NCBI RefSeq assembly: GCF_006345805.1
Contig: NC_043000.1
Location: 141,112,001-141,176,000 of the forward strand
Length of the DNA: 64,000 bases
Direction: 5' to 3'
Source of the DNA: Octopus sinensis
Lineage: Eukaryota
Shown here: in pieces, positions 12,082 through 24,119 of the stretch
Layout of the letters: every line of letters starts with the position of its first letter
Position numbering within the stretch: the first letter of the stretch is position 1
The notes under the pieces: model-generated
Databases searched by the model: none
Seen by the model: the letters and a program-made list of their open reading frames with translations, nothing else
Told to the model about the DNA's origin: nothing
Position numbers and translations under genes: made by a program

Positions 12082-12657
12082 GCAAGCCAAAATAGGGTTC
12101 ATCAACAGATTTCATTCATTATGTTAAATTGTCATGGCAATTTGAGTGAAATTCTTCTATATTAATATAGTGATAATCAGTCGTTAGATTTGATAAGCAC
12201 CTGCTAACGATTATACTTTATTAATGAGATTCAAAAATACTGAAACATATCCAGCATTACCACTGTCAAAGATTAGATTAGATAAATATATGTACTATAT
12301 GTAATTTATTCATAATTTAATTATATGCATAATTCAAATTTCAATTAGTTAAAATTTTGGGCTTGCCTTAATTAAATTTGATAAACATCTGCCATTATAC
12401 TGATCCAACCATTCTCTTCACTGAAAAGTATTATAATTCACTGAAAATTCTTGTCTCATTACATTAAACATGTTGGCATACACTCAGCTATTGCATTTCA
12501 TGTGGATGGTTCCCCTAAGAGATTCCCGCAACCCTTACTTTATGTTGCAATGCCAATTTCTTGTTCCCTTAAATTGTGATACTCAATCACTAAACATGGC
12601 AACCATCGAGGAAGGATTTTCTTTGAGGACAAGATTTAACAAGACCAAAGCATGCAT

Positions 12658-12975
12658 CATCATCGTTTAACGTCCGCTTTCCATGCTAGCATGGGTTGGA
12701 CTATTTTGACTGAGGGCAGGCGAACCAGATGGCTGCACCAGGCTCCAATCTTGATCTGGCAGAGTTTCTACAGCTGGATGCCCTTCCTAACGCCAACCAC
12801 TCCGAGAGTGTAGTGGGTGCTTTTTATGTACCACCGGCACAGGGGCCAGTCAGGCGGTACTAGCAATGACCTTGCTCGAATCTTTTTACACATGCCACCG
12901 GCACAGGTGCCAGTAAGGCGACGTTGGTAACGATCACGCTCGAATGGTGCCCTTTTACATGCCACCGGCACGGAA
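12658..12975 (-). mobile_element. RTE 3' end with internal VNTR units
   Basis: (cat)n tail, ctacagctggatgcccttcctaacgccaaccactccg, and repeated gtgccaccggcac units. Confidence 0.85.
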
Positions 12976-13909
12976 GCATATAATTTTCAAATATAAAATC
13001 AAATAAATGTTAGTCCTTGAGTTAATATCGTTATCTTCTCACATTCATACTGCAAGTGTAATTCACATTTTGATTAATTTTCAGAATTTTTATTCCTTTG
13101 TTTTGAGTAGATTTGATCAAAATTATTCATAGAGACCTATATTTCCCCTCACACTGCAGCAGTAATCCTAATTAACTGAAACTTTTTACCAACTACATTA
13201 CGTATATTATCATTTGTGCACCTGACTTACTATTTATCATTTCCACTTTCTATTTCTATCCTTCTTTCTTTATGTTATTAGGAATAGGAAAGCATTATTC
13301 ACAGCTATACTTTGTTGTATATATATATCAGTAAACATGATATACTATCATTAATAAAAGTATAAATTTAATCTGTACCATATTTCAGCTGCTTCTGATT
13401 TTATCTTTAAAGATAAATATGTATAAGTCAGCTCAAGGACAATTCATTAAAAAGCAACTCAGTATGTCATCTAGCTAAGTGCAATTGGCAAAATACAGCC
13501 AAAGAAGATGAATCAGAATAAGTAAAAAAAGACTATTAACATTTACTGAAGTCTTGTAATACCTTCGCAATTATTAACTTTCAGCTAAAACCACAAGTAA
13601 AAATAGATACACATTCATGTATGCATGTCTTGGTGGCTGTGTGCACAGCCATGTATTTGTGTGTGTGTGTGTCTGTGTGTGTGTGCATGCATATGTATGT
13701 GTAAAGTTGGAATGGAATTTCTTTCTCATGCTATATTAAAACAACTATATTCAAGCTTGATTTCTCTTATTAGTTTTATCAATTTAGGAATATTATTGTT
13801 CTAAACAATATATAAATGATTAATAAGGAAATATGGAAAATCGTTAATAAGAACAAACTTCGATAAAATAGTGTATAAAATAAAATAAAATATACATGCA
13901 TATATTTAT

Positions 13910-14021
13910 ATGTGTGCGCCATGTGTGTATGTGTTCATATGTACATATATACATGCATATACATGTGTTCATATGTACATATATACATGCATATACATGT
14001 GTTCATATGTACATATATACA

Positions 14022-14030
<9 letters not shown>
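13910..14030. repeat. Minisatellite of ~34-bp units (gtgttcatatgtacatatatacatgcatatacat), 3 copies
   Basis: Directly visible tandem units. Confidence 0.8.
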
Positions 14031-14052
<22 letters not shown>

Positions 14053-14061
14053 TGCTTTTTT

Positions 14062-14385
14062 ACACTTCTATTCTTTTACTTGTTTCAGTCATTTGACTAC
14101 GGCCATGCTGGAGCACCACCTTTAACCTCAGGACTTATTCTTTGTAAGCCTAGTACTTATTCTATCGTTCCCTTTTGCTGAACTGCTAAGTTCCGGGGAT
14201 GTAAACACACCAGCATCGGTTGTCAAGTGATGTTGGGGGGACAAACACAGACACACAAACATATACAAACACACACACATATGTATATACATGTGTAGAC
14301 GGAAATTGAAAGAAGCTCGTCGTATATATATATATATATATATATACGACGGTCTTCTTTCAGTTTCCGTCTACCAAATCCACTC
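14062..14385 (-). mobile_element. SINE family C, 5'-truncated
   Basis: Reverse complement of the family C consensus seen at 34737. Confidence 0.9.
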
Positions 14386-14391
14386 ACAGTC

Positions 14392-14623
14392 TTAATAGTA
14401 AAAATTTCAATTCCTTGGATGACGTAAAACGATACCTTGATGAATTATTTGCCAGGAAACCACCTCAGTTCTAGGAAGAGGGTATTTCCAAGTTAAAGGG
14501 AAGATGGAGACGCATTGTGCAACAAAATGGTTCATATTTGGTTGATTAAAAATATAATGGCAAGTATTTATTGACCTTTTTCTTTCCTTTAAAAATCGGC
14601 ACGAACTTTCCGGACAACCCAAT
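14392..14623 (+). mobile_element. mariner transposon 3' end with TIR
   Basis: Transposase C-terminal remnant (F*EEGISKLKGRWRRIVQQNGSYLVD*) followed by the TIR-like aatcggcacgaactttccggacaacccaata. Confidence 0.8.
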
Positions 14624-14625
14624 AA

Positions 14626-14945
14626 AAGAGGAATAAATGTAAAAATACATTATGCAGGATATATCGTAATCAATTCAAAATTATTTACGAATATATCAGT
14701 GGCCAGAACATGCAATCAAGAAATTTTTCCATAAAAGAAGATTGTATAATTGTGAACAAATCGCAATTATAACGGAGTGTCATAAAAACCCTTACATGCC
14801 TAGAAATATGAGTCAAAGCCGTTAAAAACTTTTATGAAAATTTTTTTGATTGCATGTTTTGCCCACTGATATTTTGCTAATAATTTTCAATTGTTTACGA
14901 TATATCTTGCATAATCTATTTTTACATTCATTCCTCTGGTATAAT
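14626..14945. repeat. Long imperfect inverted repeat (foldback / MITE-like)
   Basis: 14626-14735 pairs with 14828-14940 (gaggaataaatgtaaaaat / atttttacattcattcctc; atcagtggccagaacatgcaatcaa / ttgattgcatgttttgcccactgat). Confidence 0.8.
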
Positions 14946-15104
14946 TTATTGTTCACTCATATCCATTTTTTCCGCTGTGGCTTGCTAAACTGGTCTCTCC
15001 TTATAAACGTTTTGCATGACGTTTAAATTCAGAATTTGAATTGTGTAGATAGATGTTAACAAATATTCTTATAATTGTGATTTTATTGCAATTATACACT
15101 CTTC

Positions 15105-15147
<43 letters not shown>

Positions 15148-15287
15148 CACATAATACACACACACATATTTATATATTATATATATACACATGCATATAT
15201 ATATATGTGCACATAATACACACACACATATTTATATATTATATATATACACATGCATATATAAATATATATGTATACATAAATATG

Positions 15288-15328
<41 letters not shown>

Positions 15329-15494
15329 ATATTTACATACAAATATTTCTTTTTCTTTCTTTCTATTACTCTCTTTAACTTTAAGTTCTCTTCTTCAAAC
15401 ACTCATGTGAAAACTGACAGGAGCAACCATCATCATACTCAGACATGCGTGCGCGCGCACACACATACACATATCTATTGTTCTGCTACAAATG

Positions 15495-15725
15495 TCATTT
15501 GAAGAGAATTGTTTGCCAATTTCCATAGCAATATGACATCTCTCCTATATGTATGCATTTGTGTTCAGTTAAGACACCAATAACAGACAATGATTTACTG
15601 CAGATATCACAGTGTCTGGCTTTCAAGTTTTTTCGTCTTATCTCTTTTGTCATCTCATCAGGAATATCAGTTCCTTTAGATTGCCTTTTACACTTAACCT
15701 CATTCTCACATAATTCCTTTTCCAT
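15495..15725 (-). pseudogene. C2H2 zinc-finger gene remnant (octopus-type N-terminus, one degenerate finger)
   Basis: ORF MEKELCENEVKCKRQ...HCDICSKSLSVIGVLTEHKCIHIGEMSY contains CxxC-x12-Hx3H and a TGEKPY-like linker. The second finger is frameshifted. A splice acceptor (ctgtatttttag) lies at 15819-15830, about 95 nt upstream of the ATG. Confidence 0.75.
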
Positions 15726-16309
15726 AAATTTTCCTTTCTACCACAATAAATAGGTATTTTTCTATGTGTTATTTTGTCTTTTCTTCTACTGTATTTACTG
15801 CAACTGTTTTGTCAGTATCTAAAAATACAGTAAGCCTCTGTGAAAAATTCATCTAAATTTTATCAGAATGCTGAATCATCTTTCACACATTCTAAGCAGT
15901 GAAATAGTGCAAGTTTGCTATTAATCCCAGTTCAGAGGAAACCTTTTACAGTAATTCTATCAGAGATTTGTATAAATAAGGTCAAATCTATCCTTTATAA
16001 CAAATTCACTTAATCTCCAAATGATGGTAAATATTGGTGGTATCTAAAGTAAAAAAATTCTTTAATACTAATATCGTCTGAGACAATATCAATGTAATGG
16101 GACTGTGAAATATGTGAGATGGCCACATAAGATCAAAGTTGAAATCCATGAGATCAATAAAATTTTCAGTACGACTTCCAAATATTGAAATATATATTTA
16201 ATGACAATTATCACAACGTCAATATAAATGTATTTGTTAAATATTCCCTTGAGTCTGTTGTTCAAAGACATGTATGCATGCATACATACATACATACAAA
16301 CATACATAT

Positions 16310-17945
16310 TGTTGTGGCGAGAGACATTGACACCCCTGTGGGACTGGAAGAATGGACTAGCCGAACACGTATAAAAAGTAGCAAATTCATTGAGACAAGA
16401 GGAATCGTATGAGTCATGAAAGTTTGTGGAAGTCGTTCAAATCTTTGAGAGTTTGTATTTATTGGAGTATCATGTTAAGTGGAGTAATTTGAAGTACATC
16501 ACGTGAAGACAGTTGTATCTATCCCCACTTTGTGAAATCTGTACATCCAATGTATAGAAGGATACAAAAGTGGCAACTAGGGTGTCCACTTATAAACGAG
16601 GTGAAGAGGATATCTACTTACAAAAGAGGCGACGAGTTTATTCGAAGCTTACGTCAGACATTAGCTTTTCCTTGTGATACAAAATCGAAGAAAAATTAGT
16701 TAACATGGAATACTTATTAGCCTCCGTGGTGCAGTTGCATCAGCAATGGCAACAACAGTTACAGCAGCAATTACAACAATACCAACTGTTGCTGGAATTA
16801 ATGTTTAAGTCCAAAAATACTTCAGGTTCGTTCTCGCCAGACGGCATAGCAAACGCAATTGCAGAATTTAGTTACAACCAAGAAGGTATTACTTTTTCTG
16901 CATATTTCAGAAGATATGAAGAAATAATCAAGGAAGAATGTAAAAATTGGATGGATAAGGAAAATGTACGATAACGCCATACCAATATTTAGACCAAAAC
17001 GAATGGTACCCATCGTAGCAATGAAGTAAGTCAATGAAGAACTGGAGAAACTAGAAATAATTGGAGTTATCCACTAAGTGAAATAGTCTAAATGGGCAGC
17101 ACCAACTGTGTGTATTTAGGAGCACTCCGTCGGTTACGACGACAAGGGTCCCAGCTGATACGATCAACAGAACAGCCTGCTCGTAAAATTAACGTGCAAG
17201 TGGCTGAGCACTCCACAGACACGTGTACCCTTAACCTAGTTCTCAGGGAGATTCAGCGTGACAAGGCCGGCCCTTTGAAATCCAGGTACAACTCATTTTT
17301 GCCAGCTGAGTGGACTGGAGCAATGCGAAATAAAGTGTCTTGCTCAAGGACACAACGCGTCGCTTGGAATCGAACTCACAACCTTACAATCGTGAGCCGA
17401 ATGCCCTAACCACTAAGCCATGCGCCTTCACTGACTGTGTGTATTAAGACAAAATGAAATAAAATCAGAGTGTGTGCTGATTTTTCCACTGATTAAACGA
17501 ATGTCTTAAAACGTGCCACTATCCGCTACCTACTCTGGGGGATATTTTTGTGAAGTTAAATGGTGGAAAGATATTTTCTAATTTGGCTCTCTTTGACGTG
17601 TACCTACAAATTAGAGTAGACAATGAATGCTCGAAATACCAAGCAATCAACACATAAAATGACTGTATAAATATAACAGGTTACCATTTGGTTTAAAAGT
17701 TGCAACAACGATTTTTCAGCAGATTGTGTGAGTGAAAACAAGTGTGGGTTTTTCTTACCGGAAATAAGCTATTTAAGACAAATTATTGACAAAAATGGAC
17801 GACTACCTGACCCATCAAATGCAGACACAATTTAAAATAAGCCTCCTCCAACCTATATAGCGACAGTACAAACATTTCTAGGACTGGCAAATTATTGTGA
17901 AAATTATATCCCAAATATGCATAACATTAGGGCTCAACTGAATAA
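16310..17945 (+). mobile_element. Ty3/Gypsy LTR retrotransposon remnant (5' LTR, gag and RT fragments)
   Basis: Putative LTR tgttg(16310)...ttaca(16622), then PBS-like gaggcgacgag. Gag-like TFSAYFRRYEE. RT motifs PIFRPKR, WAAP, IRVCADFST, YNRLPFGLK, FLGLANY. Confidence 0.85.
17117..17430 (-). mobile_element. Chimeric SINE (head H2 + tail T1) inserted into the Gypsy RT
   Basis: Head matches the 1012 copy type; tail matches 39780-39978. TSD-like actgtgtgtatt lies on both sides. Confidence 0.85.
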
Positions 17946-18139
17946 TGGAACTGCAACTACAATGTCTTTATATACCTTATTTCTACTTTCATTATCTCAT
18001 TTCCCTTCATATTTCCTATCTCCTGCTTTTCCACAATAATCCGAACTCAAATATTTTCTCACACCGTCTCTTAATGAAGGGATATATTCCACAACAGAAG
18101 TCTTAAGACTGGTTCTTCTGGTGGTGTAAAGCATTTGTG

Positions 18140-18920
18140 ACAGTGTCACATAAAAGTGCTCATGTGGTGCTACATAAAAGTGTACATATGGTACCATATA
18201 AAAGTATCCATGTGGTGTTACATAAAGGTGTTTATATGGTGGTACATAAAAATGTGCATGTGGTGCTATATAAAAGTTTGTATGTGGTGCCATATAAAAG
18301 CAACCGTGTGGTGTTACATAAAGGTGCTCATGTGGTGCTAGATAAGTGTGCATGTGATGCCATATAAAAGCAACCATGTGGTGTTACATAAAGGCACTCA
18401 TGGGATGCTGCATAAAAGCGTGCATGTGGTGCCATATAAAAGCACCAATGTGGTGTTACATAAAGGCGCTCATGTGGTGCTACATAAGAGTGCGCATGTG
18501 GTGCCATATAAAAGCACCCATGTGGTGTTACATAAAGTTGCTCATGTAGTGTTACATAAAAATGTGCATGTGGTTCTATGAAAGAGCACCCGTGTGGTGC
18601 CACAAAAGTGCACATGTGGAACTACATAAAAGTGTGCATGTGGTTCCATGTCAGAGTACTTGTGTAGTGTCACATAAAGGCGTTTATGTGATGCTGCATA
18701 AAAATATGCATGTGGTTCCATGTAAAAGTACCTGTGTGGTGCCACTTAAAAGTGACCATGTGGTGCTACATGAAAGTGTGCTTGTGGGGCCATGTAAAAG
18801 CACCCATGCTGTGTAATATAAAAGTGTCATAAAAGCACCCATTTGGGGCCATGTAAGAGTGTGTAAAATCACCCGTGTTGTACAGCGCCACATAAAAGTG
18901 TCCATGTGGTCCCATGTAAA
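18140..18920 (+). repeat. 24-bp minisatellite (~30 units) with 72-bp higher-order trimer
   Basis: Units catgtggtg(c/t)(t/c)a(c/t)ataaa(a/g)g... start at 18161, 18185, 18209 and so on. A/B/C variants cycle. Confidence 0.9.
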
Positions 18921-19085
18921 AGCACACAGCATGCTCTGTAAAGTGGTTGGCATTAAGAAGGGCATCCAGCCATAGAAACCATGCCAAATAAGACTGGAGT
19001 CTGATGCAGCTTCCCAGTTTGCCAGCTCTGTCCAAACAGTCCAACCCATGCCAGCATGGACAATGGTTGTTAAATGATGATGATG
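18920..19085 (+). mobile_element. RTE 3' tail directly following the minisatellite
   Basis: agtggttggcattaagaagggcatccagcc...ccaacccatgccagcatgg...tgatgatgat. Confidence 0.85.
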
Positions 19086-19399
19086 ATCATGATGCATACG
19101 TAATTTTGTGTAATGGTTTACTCTATATTTACATAGTACCTTATCCATCATGTGTCTTATCTTTAATATTTGCATGGGTTAGGGTTTCATATTTTAAATT
19201 TAAACGGAAATTACTGAAGAAGTTGAGGAGTTATAAAATGAACTGATATTGGATCTTGGTGTATTATTAGTTATGTTTCCTGATAACACAGTGTCTTATG
19301 TTTTAATCCCAGCAATGACCTGAAAATATGAGTAAAATATAACTATTGTACCCAGATTAGGTATTGTATTTCTATAATACATCACAACCTCTTATTACT

Positions 19400-19812
19400 T
19401 TCTTTATTGCCCACAAGGGGTTAAACATAGAGGGAACAAAGAAGGACAGACAAAGGGATTAAGTTGATTACATCGACACTTGTGCGTAACTAGTACTTAA
19501 TTTATCGACCCCAAAAGGATGAAAGGCAAAGTCTGCCTCAGCGGAATTTGAACTCAGGACAGAACGGCAGATGAAATACTATTTCTTTACTACCCACAAG
19601 GGGCTAAACACAGAGAGGACAAACAAGGACAGACAAATGGATTAAGTCGATTATATCGACCCCAGTGCGTAACTGGTACTTAATTTATAGACCCCAAAAG
19701 GATGAAAGGCAAAGTCGACCTCTGCGGAATTTGAACTCAGAACGCAGCAGTGGACGAAATGCCACAAAGCATTTCGCCTGGCGTGCTAATGATTCTGCCA
19801 GCTCGCTGCCTT
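19400..19812 (-). mobile_element. Tandem dimer of SINE family B
   Basis: Two consecutive copies (cccacaagggg(t/c)taaacac at ~19410 and ~19592); the first is 5'-truncated. Confidence 0.9.
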
Positions 19813-22045
19813 CTAAAACCTCTTAGCGCCTAAAATTCTCATTGGGCCCTTTTGACATTTGTGGGCTAACAATACCCTCCAGGGGTTCTCTTGTGCATGT
19901 TTGATACTTTCCAAGATGTACTTAGTTCAATTCAAGTTGGGAGTATTTACTTTTATTAATCTCATGTTGTTTACTTAAACATATAGAATTTATGATTCTG
20001 AATATTATTTATATTAAAATCTTACCTGTTGATTCTCAATTCATACATGCATGTACACACATATACACATACCAACACACAGATATTGCTTTGTTACTGA
20101 TATACAGCTTACTCTCCAAAACAATTATTCTGTCAGCTAGAAATAATTTTAATATTGGCAACTTCTCATAGTGTTACTACCACCGACATTGCAAAGAAGT
20201 TTCCAGAGAATGCTCTCTCTCACACACACACACACACATACATCAATACATATACATTTATACATATGTACACTCACACATACACACGTTTGCAAACACT
20301 TAGGTGCATAGACAAACGGACAGACAAGCAAATACATGGGTAATTATATGTCAAAAGAAATAGGTAAAATATTTCTGAAAATATAAATTTTAATCTTGGG
20401 AGGGTTATTTTGGCAATAAATCATTATCAAGACAATTTATTTTTAAGGAAAAGGACATTTGTCTATTTCTAATATAAAAATAGGAAAAATTCTTACTGAT
20501 TATGTTGACTGTCGGTTTCATTGCCTTATATTGTATTGCAATGAATTGCATGGCACAGTAATAATATATGTATCAATCAATATCAGCTTCCCAAAGAAGC
20601 AGTCAAGGAGATGGCATCAGATTGAAAATGCACTCCATCTCAGAATCTTGTGCGCAATTTCCTCCCTTGATGGTGCTTGTAGTCATCTTGACATGGTTAC
20701 CAGAAAACATTTACATTCCGGAACATGCAGTGATTGGTAAGAAAGAACTCTCAATAATTCAAGACATCTTGACACTGAACATTGCTGTCAAATTACAGGA
20801 TTTCTTTCAAACCTTCATAGTGTCTAGTTAAATGTCTCCAAATTTATTAACTGTGAAATAGTATTGATACACAAAAAAAAAAACACATATTCATGCAATC
20901 ACTCACAAACACAAATACACATAAGCACGCATATATCGATATAATTAATGTATCTACTGACACACTGTTTCCATCAGTTTAGTGTTTGAGCGATAACTTC
21001 AGATAATACAAGACAAAAAAATTTTTGTTACAAGAAAATAAATCAATGTTTCTAGGGAATTCTTGTAGACCGATTTCAAAACTGCATTTATTTTTTTTAA
21101 TCACTGTCTAGAGTTTCTGAAATAAAATCAAGTTATTTTGCATATATGTTATTATGAATACATAATATTACTTTTCTTGCCTGACATGATGGACAAATCA
21201 AGCAATATACCTGTTGTAAAGTGGGTTCCTCCCATTGGTGTGATATGTGACTGCCATTGTACTGTAGTTGCTGTTTTATGCCAGTAGCCACAGAAGTTAC
21301 TAGTCATTGGATACCATTGTTTCTCTTCATACTGGAATAGTAATACACTTCTTCTGTATTATTGTCGCTGATAGCTCCACAACACACCAACTAGGACAAT
21401 CAACTCTCAACTCTTCAACACTAACTGTTGACCCTCTCTTGACGACCAGCTGCTGACCTATTTATAATGGCTGACTCCTATCACTTTTTACCAGATGGGG
21501 TATAAATTTCACTATACAACAATACCCTAATTACTTTTACAAATTTTGCCTGGTAATTAAGAACGTCCTGATTAGATGTACTTATGTATATCACCTAGAC
21601 ATAGTCTTGTATGTCAATAGATAATAGATACTCATGCTACAGTAAAGATAAATAGCAACAGCATTAAGAACAAGACTTACCAAAAAATCTCTTAGAATGT
21701 AAGATAGCAGATCAAAAGTAAGAGTGAGCACCATTCATTTGCTGTGCACTGCACAACTGCATGTCAACATCTGAGATAAATGGGAAAAAGAAAGCTATAC
21801 CTTTCATAGACCCCATAATATACTATATGGTAATCCCACAGACCACAATGGTGACTGTTATATGACAAGGATAGCTGACTTATCTAAGGAAAATACACCA
21901 AAGATGTAGTACCCAAATTGGCAATCTGATTTATAATTAGAACCACATAATAAAGATAACAAACTACCAGTTCCACTAATAGCAATCTCACACTACAGGT
22001 TCATCTGAAGATTTAGCAAATAATATGGAAATAGAGTACGATCAA

Positions 22046-22380
22046 GACAGCGAGCTGGCAGAAACGTTAGCATGCAGGGCGAAATACTTAGTATTTTGTC
22101 TGTCTTTACGTTCTGAGTTCAAATTCCACTGAGGTTGACATTGCCTTTCATTCTTTTGGGGTCGATAAATTAAGTACCAGTTGTGTACTGGGGTCGATCT
22201 AATGTGCCTATAGTAGAAAGGATTAATACTGTTGTTGTTGTTGTTATTCATTCTTTCATTCTTTTGGGGTCGATTAAATAAATACCAGTTACGCACTGGC
22301 CTCGATGTAATCGATTTAAACCCTTTGTCCTTGTTTGTCCCCTTTAATGGTTAGCCCCCTTTTTGGCAATAAAGAAATAA
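22046..22380 (+). mobile_element. Two SINE family B pieces separated by a (GTT)n tract
   Basis: Family B core occurs twice (ggggtcgataaattaagtacc; ggggtcgattaaataaatacc). Confidence 0.85.
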
Positions 22381-22399
22381 TTATTATTATTAATGAGTA

Positions 22400-24090
22400 G
22401 TCTTATTTTTATAGCATGCTTTAACTGCACTACTGAGGACAGTTCTGTGTATCTTGGGTGTGTGCTGTGGTTTGGTGTGATGCTCTTATGGTTACTGCAT
22501 TGAAAGTGTTTTATGTAGGATATGTGCAGTGCTTAGTAGTGCTATTTTCTGTATGTTATATAAATTTGTTAATCCTGGTGTTTTTGCTATGTATTATGTT
22601 AGAGAAACGTTGTCATCTGTTGGCATTGATAAATCAATTAAAAAGCAGTTTCTTTCTTCATGATCTCTGACAACTATATCTGGCCTATTGTCCTTAATTT
22701 TTCTATCTGTGTGTTTGGCATATTCCATAGTATTGTTGCCTTCCCATTTTCTGTGACCTTTTCTGGCATGTGCTTATACCATCTTTTTCGGTTGTTATTC
22801 CATAGTGTTGGCATAGCTTCCAGTGTATGTAGGTCCCAACTCTGTCGTGTCTGTGAATATATTCCTTCTTAGCCAGGACTGGGGCAGCCAGAGACAATAT
22901 GGTTTATTGTTTCTTGTCCATCTCCACATGTTATGCAGTTACTTGTAATGTTTCTTTTCAGTACATGTTTTTGGTAATTTCTGGTTTTGTGCTGCAATTA
23001 AAAATCCTTCAGTCTCTGCGTTGAGTCTCAAGCTTCTTAGCCATTGCTGGGATTTTGCTTTGTCTATTCCTTTTGTATTTAGTTTAGCTCAGTATTTGCC
23101 ATGAAGGGGCTTTTCTGGCTATCGTTTTATCATGGTCCATTGCTGTTTTAGTTTTAGTTTGGATTTCATTTGTTTTACAGCTTTTGTTGTTTCTTCTTCT
23201 TCTTCTTTATATTTGTTAGGTGGCATGATTTCTTGTTTGTATTTGTCAGCTTCCTTAAATACTGAGAACAGTTTTTTTGTTTTGCTTGTGTTTTGCCGCT
23301 ATTTGTATCGGTTTTCCTTGCTTGTGAAGTAGATATTTTTGCAGTCCTATGGTGGTTACTTTATAATAGTTTTCCAGATGTATAGGCCTCTACCACCTTC
23401 TATACGTTGTATATATAACCTTTCTATGTCAGATTTTGGGTGGTGCATCCTAGAATCCTGTCATTATTTTTCGTGTTTCCCCATCTATTTTGATTAGTCC
23501 ACTTAGTGTCCAGTTTAGGATATTGTAGCTGAAACTTATAACTGGGATGGCTAGAGTGTTGATACCTATTATCTTGTTTTTCACATTGGGCTCCGTTTTC
23601 AGTATTAATCTAACTCGTCAATAGTATTCTTTTTTTTCTCTATCATTTGTGTGTTGCATCGTATCTAGTTCGTTGATTCCTAAATATTTGTATGTCTGGC
23701 TTTGGTCTAATTCTCTTATTTCATTTGCTTTATCTAGTGTGATGTTACTACTCTTAACTAGTTTTACTCTTTCCTATTTATTTCTTTGGTAAATCCTTGT
23801 AGTGTCTGTAGTAATGTTTCCAGCTGCTTATCATTTGTAGCATACAGTTTTAGGCCATCCATATATAAGAGGTGGCTGATTGCTTTGCCATAACAGTTGT
23901 ATCTGCATCCAGTACTATTTACCATATCAGATAAAGGTGTCAGTGCTAAGCAGAAAAAGGAGTGGAGAGAGCATGTCTCCTTGGAATATTCCTCTTCTAA
24001 TGGGGATGGCTTTGGTTTTTATGAGTCCCTCTTTTGTTTGGAGCTGTAGCACTGTCTGCCATTTATTCATAGAGTGTCCTGTATTTTATG
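22400..24090 (-). mobile_element. R4/Dong-like non-LTR retrotransposon (RT + restriction-like endonuclease), decayed
   Basis: Minus-strand remnants: IFQGDMLSPLLF; YMDGLKLYA; HDRVGTYIHWKLCQHY; TILWNMP..NRPDIVV..LID. Confidence 0.8.
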
Positions 24091-24119
24091 ATTATTGGTG
24101 CTACCATTATTATTATTGA

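Noticed and set aside
16705-16974. Gln-rich ORF as a host gene
   Set aside because: It is the gag start of the Gypsy remnant.
18140-18920. CRISPR-like array
   Set aside because: Units are contiguous with no unique spacers; eukaryotic context; no cas genes.
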